Part shown: in pieces, positions 1-10,086 of the stretch
How positions within the stretch are numbered: the first letter of the stretch is position 1
How the letters are laid out: the number at the start of each line of letters is the position of its first letter
Position numbers and translations under genes: made by a program
The notes under the pieces: generated by a model
Seen by the model: the letters and a program-made list of their open reading frames with translations, nothing else
Database searches by the model: none
What the model was told of the DNA's origin: nothing
Origin: a bacterium
GTDB taxonomy: Bacteria > SAR324 > XYD2-FULL-50-16 > G965216635
Assembly: GCA_965216635.1 (NCBI GenBank)
Contig: OZ244188.1
Coordinates: 864,001-928,000, forward strand
DNA: 64,000 nt
Direction: 5' to 3'

Positions 1-615
1 TACGCTGGATTCGGTATAGCCAGAAGCCATTTAGCTACATCTTTTGGCTCGGATTCTTCCATCAAACCAGTGATTACCTTTGGTAAACGCAGAAGACTAT
101 CCCAGAGATTGACTGTAGAAATTGGTTTTTTATACCAGCAGGTGGAACTCAGTGTATCCAACAACAGCAATAACAAACCAAACAATATATCCTTGGGAAC
201 ACCGTCTGTAGGTCCAGAAATAGTAGGAGAAAAAAAAGGACCAGTTTCATCAAGCAGAACTGATACATCACAAATAGAAATCAGGACAACATTTGCGGAT
301 GGATACCGAGAAGCGCTTGCTGAATGCGTTGATCAAGTAACTTATCCTCGCTCAAATTGTCCTGATGATGGAACACGCATAGAACTTGCTATTAATTCTT
401 TTCCCGGCGGGAACATGCTCTCAGGGGAATTTAAAATCAGACCCGTTAGAATTGTAACTATTACAGGAGAACAGGCAGAGTTCATAACAAACACTGCAAG
501 AAAGCAAGAATTCAAAACAACCACAACCACAGAAGGAACTGCAACGCAGGAGCAAAACGAAGCAAAAGTTACGATTCCTTCCACAGTCTTTATCAATATC
601 CATCTCTCTTTTTAG
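1..615 (+). CDS. 5'-truncated hypothetical protein, probable outer-membrane beta-barrel protein
   Basis: Frame is open from base 1 (YAGFGIARSH...). It has alternating beta-strand-like segments (LTVEIGFLYQQVEL) and a C-terminal beta-signal-like end, VFINIHLSF with terminal Phe. Confidence 0.45.
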   Translation, partial: YAGFGIARSHLATSFGSDSSIKPVITFGKRRRLSQRLTVEIGFLYQQVELSVSNNSNNKPNNISLGTPSVGPEIVGEKKGPVSSSRTDTSQIEIRTTFADGYREALAECVDQVTYPRSNCPDDGTRIELAINSFPGGNMLSGEFKIRPVRIVTITGEQAEFITNTARKQEFKTTTTTEGTATQEQNEAKVTIPSTVFINIHLSF

Positions 616-674
616 TGCATAGCTTATAAGCAGTAGGATTTTTGTAAAGATTTGGTCTGTCTAAAATACAAAAT

Positions 675-832
675 TGCAGAGGATGTTTTTTTTTCTTCTT
701 TACCTGCAGGGGACACATTTTTATCTACCGATAAAAAAATGTCCCCTGCAATATTTTTGTTTTTTTTTCTGAAACCTGCAGAGGACTTTTTTTTTGCCCA
801 AAATGGTTAAATAAGCAAAAAATCTGTCCCCG
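675..832. repeat. Cluster of palindromic TGCAG(G/A)GGAC...GTCCCC(TGCA) motifs (REP-like or terminator-like hairpins)
   Basis: Inverted repeat TGCAGGGGACA...TGTCCCCTGCA at 705-750. Related half-copies occur at about 676 and 777-831. Confidence 0.6.
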
Positions 833-907
833 TCAAAATACAAAAAAAACTTGACTTTAATAATAAAAAATAGTAATTCTCTCTATAAAATCTATCAAAT
901 ACGATCA

Positions 908-2170
908 ATGAAAAACTTACAAAAAATTTCTATCCTATTAAAAGCGGTGTTTTTTGTTTTTTTGGCTTTTATTATTTCTTGTAACGGGCAAATAGAGCAA
1001 ACAGAGCTTACCCATCCCATCCCTTTAGAAACATTATCTTATCCTAAAGATTCTCAAACTATGCAAGTTTTTGAAGAAGCAGAACCTATAAAACAATACT
1101 TTCCCATAAAAAATGGTAATGAAAAATGGAAAGTAGCCTACCTAGAAGGAGGACCCTATATTGAATACAGAAACTATCTTACAGCTATTATTGAGGGTTT
1201 AATGGAAATCGGCTGGATGGAAAAAGAACTAATTCCTGAGTTTGAAGAAGATAGCAATGGAGAGAGTAGCACTAAGTTGTGGAATTGGTTAGCTACAAAA
1301 TCAAAATCAAAATATATCTCTTTTGTGAAAAATGGACATTATAGCTCGGATTGGGACGATAGCATCAGGGTGAAAACGCAAACACAAATGATTCAGAGAC
1401 TTAAAAATACTAAAGATATTGATTTGGTTATTGCAGCCGGCACTTGGGCAGGAAAAGATTTAGCAAACAATAAACACAAAATTCCAGCGATTGTTGTTAG
1501 CACAAGCGCCCCTGTAGAAGCGGGTATTATAAAAAGTCCAGAAGATTCAGGTTTTAACCACATTTTAGCTCAAGTGGACCCTTTAAAATGGCAACAGCAA
1601 CTCAACTTATTTTATAATGTTGTTGAGTTTAAAAAACTAGGAGTTGCTTATGAAAACACCCAAAATGGTAAGAGCTACGCTGCCCTAGATTCTGTTTTGA
1701 GAGTTGCTAAGGAAAAAGGATTTCAAGTAAAAAAATGCACCGCACCTAGCGATATACCCAATGTAGAGCTGGCTTATAGAAAACTTTTGCAATGCCATAA
1801 AAAATTAGCAAGAGAAGTGGATGCTATGTTTATTACAGATCACGGTGGCTTTAGTGGGAAGGCTGGCATCAAGCCTTTACTAGAACCTTTTGTAAAAGCA
1901 AAAATTCCCACTTTATCTCAGTTAGGTTATGACCATGTGAGGCAGGGTGTTTTACTAGGGATTGGCAGCACAGATTATAACTCTTTTGGTATTTATTACG
2001 CACAAGTAATACAAAGAATTTTTAATGGAGAAAAACCTCGCAACATCTCCCAAATTTTTATTTCTCCCGTAGTTATTGCCATCAACCTCGCAGTCGCTAA
2101 AGAATTAGGTTTTGAACTTACTGCTGGTATACTAGGGGCAGCGGATGCTATTTTTACAGAGGTAGAGTAA
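908..2170 (+). CDS. ABC transporter substrate-binding lipoprotein (ABC_sub_bind-like)
   Basis: Lipobox-like FIISC after a hydrophobic stretch. C-terminal 'IFNGEKPRNI...IAINLAVAKELG' is typical of this family. ATG at 908 is preferred over TTG at 851. Confidence 0.75.
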   Translation: MKNLQKISILLKAVFFVFLAFIISCNGQIEQTELTHPIPLETLSYPKDSQTMQVFEEAEPIKQYFPIKNGNEKWKVAYLEGGPYIEYRNYLTAIIEGLMEIGWMEKELIPEFEEDSNGESSTKLWNWLATKSKSKYISFVKNGHYSSDWDDSIRVKTQTQMIQRLKNTKDIDLVIAAGTWAGKDLANNKHKIPAIVVSTSAPVEAGIIKSPEDSGFNHILAQVDPLKWQQQLNLFYNVVEFKKLGVAYENTQNGKSYAALDSVLRVAKEKGFQVKKCTAPSDIPNVELAYRKLLQCHKKLAREVDAMFITDHGGFSGKAGIKPLLEPFVKAKIPTLSQLGYDHVRQGVLLGIGSTDYNSFGIYYAQVIQRIFNGEKPRNISQIFISPVVIAINLAVAKELGFELTAGILGAADAIFTEVE

Positions 2171-2181
2171 TTAGGCATTCT

Positions 2182-2410
2182 GAGACTATTGAATTAGACA
2201 TTCTAGTTCAGCTATACTGCGTTGCTCAAGTTTTTTATTCCTCAAAATACTCTCTGTATTCCTCTTGGGTAAAAAACTTTCACGCCTTGTCTAGCTTTCC
2301 TATAATGCTAAAGTTCAACAAATGTTAAAAAATAAGGTCTCGTTCTAGTTCAGCTATGCAGCGTTGCTCAAGTTTTTTATTCTTCAAAATATTCTCTTCC
2401 TCAAAATACT
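2182..2410. mobile_element. MITE-like palindromic element copy plus an adjacent partial direct duplicate
   Basis: GAGAC...GTCTC ends at 2182-2341. The interior is the reverse complement of the outer parts of the 63505-63755 copy. 2343-2410 repeats about 2201-2251. Confidence 0.65.
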
Positions 2411-2429
2411 TTTCTTTTGCATAAAATAA

Positions 2430-3599
2430 ATGAAGACTACTTGCGTTGAAAACCTACCAGACCTTACAAACAAAAAAGTTTTTTTAAGACTAGACTTAAA
2501 TTTTCCTTTAGATAACAAAGGTATTGTTTCTGATACTACTCGTCTACAAAAAGCCTTACCTACTTTAAAATATCTTTTTCAAAAAAAAGCCAAAGTTGCT
2601 ATCTTTTCCCATTTAGGCAGACCAAAAAATGCAGCAGACAAACACCTCTCTTTAGAGCCTATCAGTGAAATTTTAACGGAGCAGCTAAAACGGAAAGTCA
2701 TTTTTGTAAAAAAGCTTGAAGAATTAAATGATGCTATAACCAACCTTTCTCCATCAGAAATTCTTCTTATGGAAAACCTTCGTTTTTTTGCTGCAGAAAA
2801 AAAAAATGATTCTTTGTTTTGTGAAAATTTGGCGAGTTCTTTTGATTATTTTGTGAATGATTCTTTTGGCACCGCTCATAGAAAAGAGGCTTCTAATTAT
2901 GGATTACCTCAGTATTTTAACACCCCTGTTTATGGGTTTTTGATTCAAAAAGAATTAGAGAAGTTAAGTAAATTAATCCATAATCCCCCCAAACCTTTTG
3001 TGGCAATTTTTGGAGGTGCTAAATTGAAAGATAAAATTGCAATTTTAGAAAATCTAGCTCCCAAGATGGATAGCATTCTTGTGGGAGGAGGTATGGCTTA
3101 TACATTTTTAAAAGTTCAAGGTAAAGAAATAGGCAATTCACTTTTAGACAAAGAGCATCTAAAATCTGCAGAAATTCTTTTGAAAAAATATGCAGCTAAA
3201 ATTTTTCTTCCCCAAGATCATTTAGTAGTAGACAAACTAGAAACCAATGCTTGCTATTCTAAGATGGAAGAAATTCTAAAAAATAAAATAGCAGTAGATA
3301 TTGGAGAAAAAACTGTTCGGGTTTATCAACAACAAATTGCAAAAGCAAAATGTATTTTTTGGAATGGGCCTATGGGAGTTTTAGAAATAGCTCCTTTTGA
3401 GAAAGGGACGCATCAAATCACCCGTGCTATAGCTAATAGCTCTGCTTTTAGTGTTATTGCAGGAGGAGATTCTATCCTATCTGTGAATAAGTTGGACTTA
3501 GAAGAAAAAATAAGTCATATTTCTACAGGAGGAGGGGCTGCAATGAAATTTTTGGAAGGAGAAGAGTTACCTGCGATTGCTGTATTGAAAAAATATTAG
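2430..3599 (+). CDS. pgk: Phosphoglycerate kinase
   Basis: Motifs RLDLNFP, SHLGRP, MENLRF, NDSFGTAHR, GGAKLKDK, WNGPMG, STGGGA. Confidence 0.97.
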   Translation: MKTTCVENLPDLTNKKVFLRLDLNFPLDNKGIVSDTTRLQKALPTLKYLFQKKAKVAIFSHLGRPKNAADKHLSLEPISEILTEQLKRKVIFVKKLEELNDAITNLSPSEILLMENLRFFAAEKKNDSLFCENLASSFDYFVNDSFGTAHRKEASNYGLPQYFNTPVYGFLIQKELEKLSKLIHNPPKPFVAIFGGAKLKDKIAILENLAPKMDSILVGGGMAYTFLKVQGKEIGNSLLDKEHLKSAEILLKKYAAKIFLPQDHLVVDKLETNACYSKMEEILKNKIAVDIGEKTVRVYQQQIAKAKCIFWNGPMGVLEIAPFEKGTHQITRAIANSSAFSVIAGGDSILSVNKLDLEEKISHISTGGGAAMKFLEGEELPAIAVLKKY

Positions 3600-3740
3600 A
3601 CCTTTGAATTTGCGTTCTGTTTAGCCTATGCATTGTTTAAAATTCACAAAAAATGCTCACATACTATCGTGTATGCTCCACTTTTTTGTAAATTTTTGCC
3701 TAGCCTAGCCGTCACATAACACAAATTCAAAAGTCTAATA
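3594..3740. mobile_element. MITE-like palindromic element copy
   Basis: Terminal inverted repeats TATTAGACCTTTGAATTTG / CAAATTCAAAAGTCTAATA. It overlaps the pgk stop codon. Confidence 0.75.
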
Positions 3741-3773
3741 GATAAAAAAACTTATATCATAGTCAACTGAAAA

Positions 3774-4520
3774 ATGAAAAAAATTTATATCATAGCTAAC
3801 TGGAAGATGAATCTCACTCTTGCAGAAAACCAAAAATTAGCCCAAAACTTAAAACAAAACTATCAACCTGTAAAAAAAATAGAGCTAGTTTTAGCACCAC
3901 AATTTCCAGCCTTGCCAGTTTTATCAGAAATTTTAAAAGACTCAACCATCGCACTAGCGGCTCAGAATTCTGGTTTTGAAACGAAAGGAGCCTATACAGG
4001 AGAGATTTCGCCTATTTTATTGAAAGAGTTGGGTTGTCGTTATTGCATTATAGGGCATTCGGAAAGAAGGCATATTTTTAAAGAAACTGTTGAGATGATA
4101 GCCAAAAAATTTTTTGTTCTGTGTAGTTTGGATATTATACCTATTTTTTGTGTCGGAGAAACCCTTGAAGAAAGAGAGCAGAATCAACTGCAAACTGTGA
4201 TTAAAGAACAACTACAGCCTATTTTAGAAAAATCAGAAACTTTAGGAAATACACCGCTCATTATTGCTTATGAACCTGTTTGGGCAATAGGCACTGGACT
4301 GACTGCAGACAAGGAGCAAATAGCAGAAGTTCTTTCTTTTATTTATAACCATTTGGTAGGAAAATTTGAAACGAATACAACAGCTATTCTTTATGGAGGA
4401 AGTGTAAAGCCAACGAATGCTGCAGAAATTTTGAGTATAGATCATGTTGATGGTTTGCTGGTAGGAGGAGCTTCTCTTATTGTGGAAGATTTTCTTGCTA
4501 TTATAGAATGTATAAAATGA
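3774..4520 (+). CDS. tpiA: Triosephosphate isomerase
   Basis: Motifs ANWKMN, GAYTGEIS, GHSERR, AYEPVWAIGTG, LYGGSV, LVGGASL. Confidence 0.98.
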   Translation: MKKIYIIANWKMNLTLAENQKLAQNLKQNYQPVKKIELVLAPQFPALPVLSEILKDSTIALAAQNSGFETKGAYTGEISPILLKELGCRYCIIGHSERRHIFKETVEMIAKKFFVLCSLDIIPIFCVGETLEEREQNQLQTVIKEQLQPILEKSETLGNTPLIIAYEPVWAIGTGLTADKEQIAEVLSFIYNHLVGKFETNTTAILYGGSVKPTNAAEILSIDHVDGLLVGGASLIVEDFLAIIECIK

Positions 4521-5860
4521 ATAAAAAAGTAGATTTTTTGGTGATCGGAGGTGGTTCTGGAGGCGTGAGAGCAGCTCGTTTGTCCGCTTCTTTTGGAGCT
4601 AAAGTTCTTTTAATAGAAAAAAATCAATTAGGAGGCACTTGCGTTAATGTAGGCTGTGTTCCCAAAAAACTTTTTGTTTATGCCTCTGATTTTGTCCATC
4701 AATTTAAAGTAGCTCAAGGCTATGGCTGGGAGGTGCAAAGCCAGTTAAACTGGCAAAAATTTATCGCAAACAAAAACAAAGAAATTGCAAGATTAAATTC
4801 TATCTATCAAAAATTGCTAGAGGAAAGTGGTGTAGAAATTGTTTTTGGAGAAGCAAAACTCTTAGGTGAAAATACGGTTCAAGTAGGTGAGCAAACATAC
4901 CAAGCAGACAAAATTCTTTTAGCTACAGGAAGCAAACCTTTTTTACCAGAAATAGAAGGAATAGAACACGCCAATATTTCTGACGATATGTTTTTTTTAC
5001 CAGAACTACCTAAAAGAGCTACAGTGGTGGGCGCTGGATACATCGCAATAGAATTTGCGGGTATTTTTAATTCTTTGGGTATTGAAACAATCCTTATCCA
5101 TAGAAATGAGAATTTGTTGAAAGCATTTGATAGAGAAACTGTAGATCATCTAGCCTCTGAAATGAAAAAAAAAGGCATCACTTTTGAACTTAGCCGTCAA
5201 ATTAAAAAAATTCAAAAATTGGATAAATCTTTGCGGTTACAACTAGACAATGAAAAAGGGCAGTTAGATAAAGAGATAGAAACCGATTTATTGCTATACG
5301 CCATTGGTAGAAAACCTAATTTAGATAATTTATCTTTAAAAAAAATTGGCATCGCATTAGCAAAAAATGGAGGTATTAGCGTAAATTTATTTTTTCAAAC
5401 TACTAATCCGAATATCTATGCCATAGGAGATATTATCAATCATATTAACTTGACCCCCGTAGCTATCAAACAAGCTGTTGTTGTAGCAAACCATTTATTC
5501 AATAACTCTTCTATGGAATTAAACTATAAACATCTACCTACTGCAGTCTTTAGTCAACCTAATTTAGCAACAGTGGGGCTCAACGAAGAAGAGGCTAAAA
5601 AACAAGGAGAAGTAGAAATTTTTAAGGCAACACTCACACCTATGAAATATAGTTTGACAGATATCAAAGAAAAGGCTTTTTTAAAATTGATAGTAGCTAA
5701 ATCTAATCAAAAAATTATAGGAGCCCACATGGTAGGAGCAGATGCTGGAGAAATAATGCAAATTCTAGCTGTAGCTATTAGGGCTGGAGCCACTAAAATG
5801 GATTTTGATAATACTATAGGAGTGCATCCTAGTTTAGCAGAAGAGTGGGTTACTTTATAA
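4517..5860 (+). CDS. gor: Glutathione-disulfide reductase
   Basis: GGGSGG FAD loop, GGTCVNVGCVPKK redox motif, GAGYIA, LTPVAI, and C-terminal HPSLAEE. Confidence 0.92.
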   Translation: MNKKVDFLVIGGGSGGVRAARLSASFGAKVLLIEKNQLGGTCVNVGCVPKKLFVYASDFVHQFKVAQGYGWEVQSQLNWQKFIANKNKEIARLNSIYQKLLEESGVEIVFGEAKLLGENTVQVGEQTYQADKILLATGSKPFLPEIEGIEHANISDDMFFLPELPKRATVVGAGYIAIEFAGIFNSLGIETILIHRNENLLKAFDRETVDHLASEMKKKGITFELSRQIKKIQKLDKSLRLQLDNEKGQLDKEIETDLLLYAIGRKPNLDNLSLKKIGIALAKNGGISVNLFFQTTNPNIYAIGDIINHINLTPVAIKQAVVVANHLFNNSSMELNYKHLPTAVFSQPNLATVGLNEEEAKKQGEVEIFKATLTPMKYSLTDIKEKAFLKLIVAKSNQKIIGAHMVGADAGEIMQILAVAIRAGATKMDFDNTIGVHPSLAEEWVTL

Positions 5861-5919
5861 CTCAAAAATCTCTCTAACAGAGCATAGCCTCTGTTTCAAC
5901 ACAAAAAAGAACGCTATTG

Positions 5920-6699
5920 CTACCAATAATTAATAATCAACTTATTACTATACCTAGCGTCTATTTTTTTCACTCTATTCCAGTCTTTTTGTAGGCGAAC
6001 AAAAAGCAAAGATAAGGTTTTAATTTTTAACTCAAAAAAAACATGTCCTAAAGATATAGATATTTTTTCTTTATCTTTCGGAACTCTCCATAGGAGATTC
6101 AGAGGGCTTTCAATTTCAATCTCAATCGGATGGTTTTTAGGAAAAATTTCTTCAGGAAAATCTCCTTGCTCTTTTTTTATAATTTCAAGAAGCTTTAGTG
6201 CTTTTTGAACTTCTCTTAAAGCTAAAACATCTTTGATTTTTAAGTATTGGTTATCTCTATAGAAAGATTCTGAGAAACGAATTATAGGTAAATAAGGATT
6301 GTTAAATGAAGAAACAGGAAAAGGGAAATGTTCCGCATCCAAAAAAAAAATTTTCACCCCTGTTTGGAGATAAGCCAAAGGCTCTTTTTTAGAAGCAGAT
6401 ACATGAATAAAATAAGGCAGGAATTTTTTAAGTTGGATTTTTGTTGTGGGGTTTTTGAGTTTTTCTTCTAATTCTTGAGTATCTAAAAATAGAATAGACT
6501 TTTTTTCTAATGCTAGTTTTTTTAAGGTGGATTGTTTATCTATCGGATACCCCAAAAAATTCACTTCCTTTACTGATAAAAAAAGATTCCAAGTATAGCC
6601 GAAAACAACGACCAGATTGAAAATAAGAAAAATTAAAATAGAAAAAAATTTTATAAGCAACCAAAGTTTTTTTTTCAAAGAAAGAGGTTGGGAAGTCAT
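5920..6699 (-). CDS. ftsQ: Probable cell division protein FtsQ/DivIB family
   Basis: Single N-terminal TM helix, POTRA-like region ending 'KKFLPYFIHV..KKEPLAY', and C-terminal 'IDARY'. Divergent. Confidence 0.55.
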   Translation of the reverse strand: MTSQPLSLKKKLWLLIKFFSILIFLIFNLVVVFGYTWNLFLSVKEVNFLGYPIDKQSTLKKLALEKKSILFLDTQELEEKLKNPTTKIQLKKFLPYFIHVSASKKEPLAYLQTGVKIFFLDAEHFPFPVSSFNNPYLPIIRFSESFYRDNQYLKIKDVLALREVQKALKLLEIIKKEQGDFPEEIFPKNHPIEIEIESPLNLLWRVPKDKEKISISLGHVFFELKIKTLSLLFVRLQKDWNRVKKIDARYSNKLIINYW

Positions 6700-6723
6700 A
6701 AAAATAAAGTGGCTTAAACTCTC

Positions 6724-7152
6724 CTATCTTAAAAAAACTACTTCAGATAAATCTTTCAGGTAAACCTCAAAACTACCGTAGCTTACAGTTCCCTCAACAA
6801 AAGTATCTCTCGCTATTTCTAATTTTAGCTTTTTACCGCCTAGTAGCTGGACTTCTAAGAAAAATCTGTCGCTTTGCGTCGGAAAGGATTTCAAAGCATC
6901 AATTTTTGAAAAAGGAATTGTTATCTTTAATTTACCAAGCATACCTTCCAAATAGAGCTGTTTATTCATACTCACCTTTTCTGCTTTAAGAGAAATGCCT
7001 TTATTGTCTAAAATTCGCACACGATAGTTTTTTATAGGCACAAAATTGCTTTGAGTGGTATTTTCTGAATCTCCTAACGCCCAAAGATTAATCTCTAAAA
7101 AAGTAAAAGAAAAGACAAAGAAAAAAGTAAAAAAGAGGGTTGTTTTTTTCAT
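6724..7152 (-). CDS. Hypothetical exported protein
   Basis: 142 aa ORF with a signal-peptide-like N-terminus, co-oriented with the ftsQ-like gene. Confidence 0.6.
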   Translation of the reverse strand: MKKTTLFFTFFFVFSFTFLEINLWALGDSENTTQSNFVPIKNYRVRILDNKGISLKAEKVSMNKQLYLEGMLGKLKITIPFSKIDALKSFPTQSDRFFLEVQLLGGKKLKLEIARDTFVEGTVSYGSFEVYLKDLSEVVFLR

Positions 7153-7258
7153 TATTTAAAACTTTTGGGTTTGTGAATTAAAAGACCTTTGAAATTTTCA
7201 ATACCATCATATAGAATAGAGAAAATTATAAAAAAATCAATAGATAATAATCTCTCTG

Positions 7259-8140
7259 ATGCTAAAAAATAACAATCTTAAAAATCAAAAATTAGTTATT
7301 TACCAAGCCAAAAATGGAGCAATAGAATTGCAACCAGACAGCAGCAAAGAAACAATTTGGGCAAGTCAAAAGCAAATTGCAGGTGTTTTTGATGTAAATT
7401 CTCAAGCTATCACCAAACATATTAAAAATATTTATCAAGAAAATGAATTATTAGAAAATTCAACTTGTTCCAAATTGGAACAAGTTCATAAAGAAGGGAA
7501 TAGACCTGTAAAAAGAACAATAAAACTCTATAACTTAGATGCAATTATTTCTATAGGTTATAGAGTAAATTCAAAAAAAGCTACCAAATTTAGAATCTGG
7601 GCTACAAAAACTTTGAGAGGGCATCTTCTTCAAGGCTATAGCCTCAATGAAAAAAGGCTTTCTCAAGTAACAAGCACATTTCAGCAGTTACAACAGACTG
7701 TTGGTGTTTTGGCAGAAAAAGAAAAATTAATACCTCAAGATTTAATTCAAGAAGTAATAGGCTTATTTCGTGCTTATAGCAAGTCTTTATTTTTATTAGA
7801 CTCTTTTGATAGCAAGAAACTTCCAGCAGTTAAACCAAAAAAAGTGGGCTATCAACTGACTTATGAAGAAGCAGGGAAAGAGCTTTATGAAGGGGTTGCT
7901 ACGAAAGCTGCTAATTTGTTATACCTCATAATTAAGGATCATCCTTTTTTAGATGGCAATAAACGAAGTGCTATTTTTTTGTTTGTTTATTTTTTACAAA
8001 AAAATAATTTTTTATATCGTAAAAATCAGCAAGTAAAAATAAACGATAATGCTTTGATTGCTTTAGCTTTATTAGTAGCAATTTCTGATGCTAAAGATAA
8101 AGATTTGATGATTAAACTTATAGAAAATCTACTTTCTTAA
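7259..8140 (+). CDS. RhuM-family/Fic(Doc) fusion protein, apparently with an internal deletion
   Basis: RhuM motifs ETIWASQKQIA, YNLDAIISIGYRVNS, FRIWAT. Doc-like motif HPFLDGNKR. Confidence 0.85.
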   Translation: MLKNNNLKNQKLVIYQAKNGAIELQPDSSKETIWASQKQIAGVFDVNSQAITKHIKNIYQENELLENSTCSKLEQVHKEGNRPVKRTIKLYNLDAIISIGYRVNSKKATKFRIWATKTLRGHLLQGYSLNEKRLSQVTSTFQQLQQTVGVLAEKEKLIPQDLIQEVIGLFRAYSKSLFLLDSFDSKKLPAVKPKKVGYQLTYEEAGKELYEGVATKAANLLYLIIKDHPFLDGNKRSAIFLFVYFLQKNNFLYRKNQQVKINDNALIALALLVAISDAKDKDLMIKLIENLLS

Positions 8141-8144
8141 AAAA

Positions 8145-8948
8145 ATGTCTGTTTTAGAAGCATTATTGTTGGGATTGGTACAGGGTATAACAGAGTTTTT
8201 TCCTATTAGTAGCAGCGGGCATCTTTTGATAATGTCTCGTTGGTTTGAAATACCTGCATCACAAAATTTACTCGTGATTTTGAGTTTGCATTTGGCTACT
8301 TGTATGAGTATTTTTTTGGTTTTTTACAAAGATATTGTTTTTTTAGTAAGGGAAGTTTTTCAATTTCGTTATAACACAGGCACTCGGTTTTTTTTGAAAA
8401 TATTGCTAGCTGCAGTTCCTATAATTTTGGTTGGTTTGTTTTTTGAAGAACATATCTCGCTTCTTTTCGCAGAGAGTAGTGTTATAGTAGCTGCAATGCT
8501 TTTCGTAACTGCTTTGCTGCTTTTGTGGAGTCATCTAAAAACAACCAAAATAGATAAGAATCAAAAAGAGATAGGCTATATAGGAGCTCTTGCAATCGGA
8601 GTAGCACAATGTTTAGCAATTTTACCCGGTCTTTCTCGCTCTGGTGCTACTATTTCTATAGGAATTATTTTAGGTTGTAATAAAAAAGAAGTTACGCGTT
8701 TTTCCTTTCTTATTTTGCTACTTCCAGTATTGGGGGCTTCTTCGCTTAAATTTTTTGAGTATTTTACAGAGACTGATTCTACAGCAATTTTCATTTCTCC
8801 ATTGGTCTTATCTGTTAGTTTTTTTAGCGCTTTTGTTTCTGGTTATTTTTGCTGCAAGTTGATGCGTTATGCTGTACTTCATTCTAAAATTATCTACTTT
8901 GCCATTTACTGTTTTTTAATATCTTTTATTCTTTTTTTATCTATTTGA
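8145..8948 (+). CDS. uppP: Undecaprenyl-diphosphate phosphatase
   Basis: Motifs GLVQGITEFFPISSSGHL and PGLSRSGATI. Confidence 0.96.
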   Translation: MSVLEALLLGLVQGITEFFPISSSGHLLIMSRWFEIPASQNLLVILSLHLATCMSIFLVFYKDIVFLVREVFQFRYNTGTRFFLKILLAAVPIILVGLFFEEHISLLFAESSVIVAAMLFVTALLLLWSHLKTTKIDKNQKEIGYIGALAIGVAQCLAILPGLSRSGATISIGIILGCNKKEVTRFSFLILLLPVLGASSLKFFEYFTETDSTAIFISPLVLSVSFFSAFVSGYFCCKLMRYAVLHSKIIYFAIYCFLISFILFLSI

Positions 8949-9006
8949 CTTTTATATAATTTTGTTTTATCTTTCTGTATAAAATACACCTTAAATTATA
9001 ATTTCC

Positions 9007-10086
9007 TTGGAAGAAACCTGTTTGATTTTTAAAGACGGTAGTGAATTTTCTGGCAAAGCATTTGGCTATCTAAAATCTGTTTCAGGCGAAATAGTTTTTA
9101 ATACTGGGATGGTAGGTTATCCAGAAACTATGACCGATCCATCTTATGCGGGACAAATCGTAGTTTTAACTTACCCCCTTATTGGTAATTATGGCATCCC
9201 CAATCAGCAAATAGAAAAAAATCTTTTGAAATATTTTGAATCACGCAAAACTTTTTTAAAAGCTATTGTTATTAGTAGTCTTCCAAGACATCACCATTGG
9301 GCTGCAGAAGTTTCTTTACAAGATTGGATGAAATCTAATAAAGTAGTTGGAATTCAAGGAATAGATACCCGGATGCTTACCAAAAAACTAAGACAACAAG
9401 GCAGTCAGCTTGCCCAAATTTGTTTCCAGAAAAAAAAAATTGCTTTTTTTGACCCCAATAAAACCAATCTAGTCTCCGAAGTCAGCATTTCAGAACCTGT
9501 TTTTTTTTCTGGAGGTGATAAAAAAATTCTCTTGCTAGATACGGGCTGCAAACACAACATTATACGCTCTTTATTAAAAAGAAATTTGAGCGTTGATTGG
9601 GTGCCGTGGGATTATGATTTTACCAAAAAAGATTATGACGGTTTAATGCTAGGTAATGGACCGGGAAACCCAGAACATTTAGGATTAATCATTGAAAGAG
9701 TTCGTGAATATTTTAAAAAAAATAAACCTGTTTTTGGTATATGTTTAGGGCATCAAATTATCGCTAAAGCCGCAGGTGCTAAAACCTATAAAATGGCTTT
9801 TGGACATCGTTCTTACAATCAGCCGTGTGTAGAAATCAAAGCAAAAAAAATGACAAAAAAATGTTTGATTACCTCTCAAAACCATGGCTTTGCAGTAGCT
9901 AAAAAAACAATTCCTAAGGACTGGCAAGAATGGTTTGTCAACGTTAATGACGGTAGTAATGAAGGCATAAAACACAACAAACTCCCTTTTCAATCTGTCC
10001 AATTCCACCCCGAAGCTACCCCAGGTCCCACTGATAGTGATTATCTTTTTGATATTTTTAAGAACCAGGTCCATCAAGCCGTATGA
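9007..10086 (+). CDS. carA: Carbamoyl-phosphate synthase small subunit
   Basis: Motifs GEIVFNTGMVGY, DPSYAGQI, GNGPGNP, GICLGHQ, QFHPE. TTG start. Confidence 0.97.
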   Translation: MEETCLIFKDGSEFSGKAFGYLKSVSGEIVFNTGMVGYPETMTDPSYAGQIVVLTYPLIGNYGIPNQQIEKNLLKYFESRKTFLKAIVISSLPRHHHWAAEVSLQDWMKSNKVVGIQGIDTRMLTKKLRQQGSQLAQICFQKKKIAFFDPNKTNLVSEVSISEPVFFSGGDKKILLLDTGCKHNIIRSLLKRNLSVDWVPWDYDFTKKDYDGLMLGNGPGNPEHLGLIIERVREYFKKNKPVFGICLGHQIIAKAAGAKTYKMAFGHRSYNQPCVEIKAKKMTKKCLITSQNHGFAVAKKTIPKDWQEWFVNVNDGSNEGIKHNKLPFQSVQFHPEATPGPTDSDYLFDIFKNQVHQAV

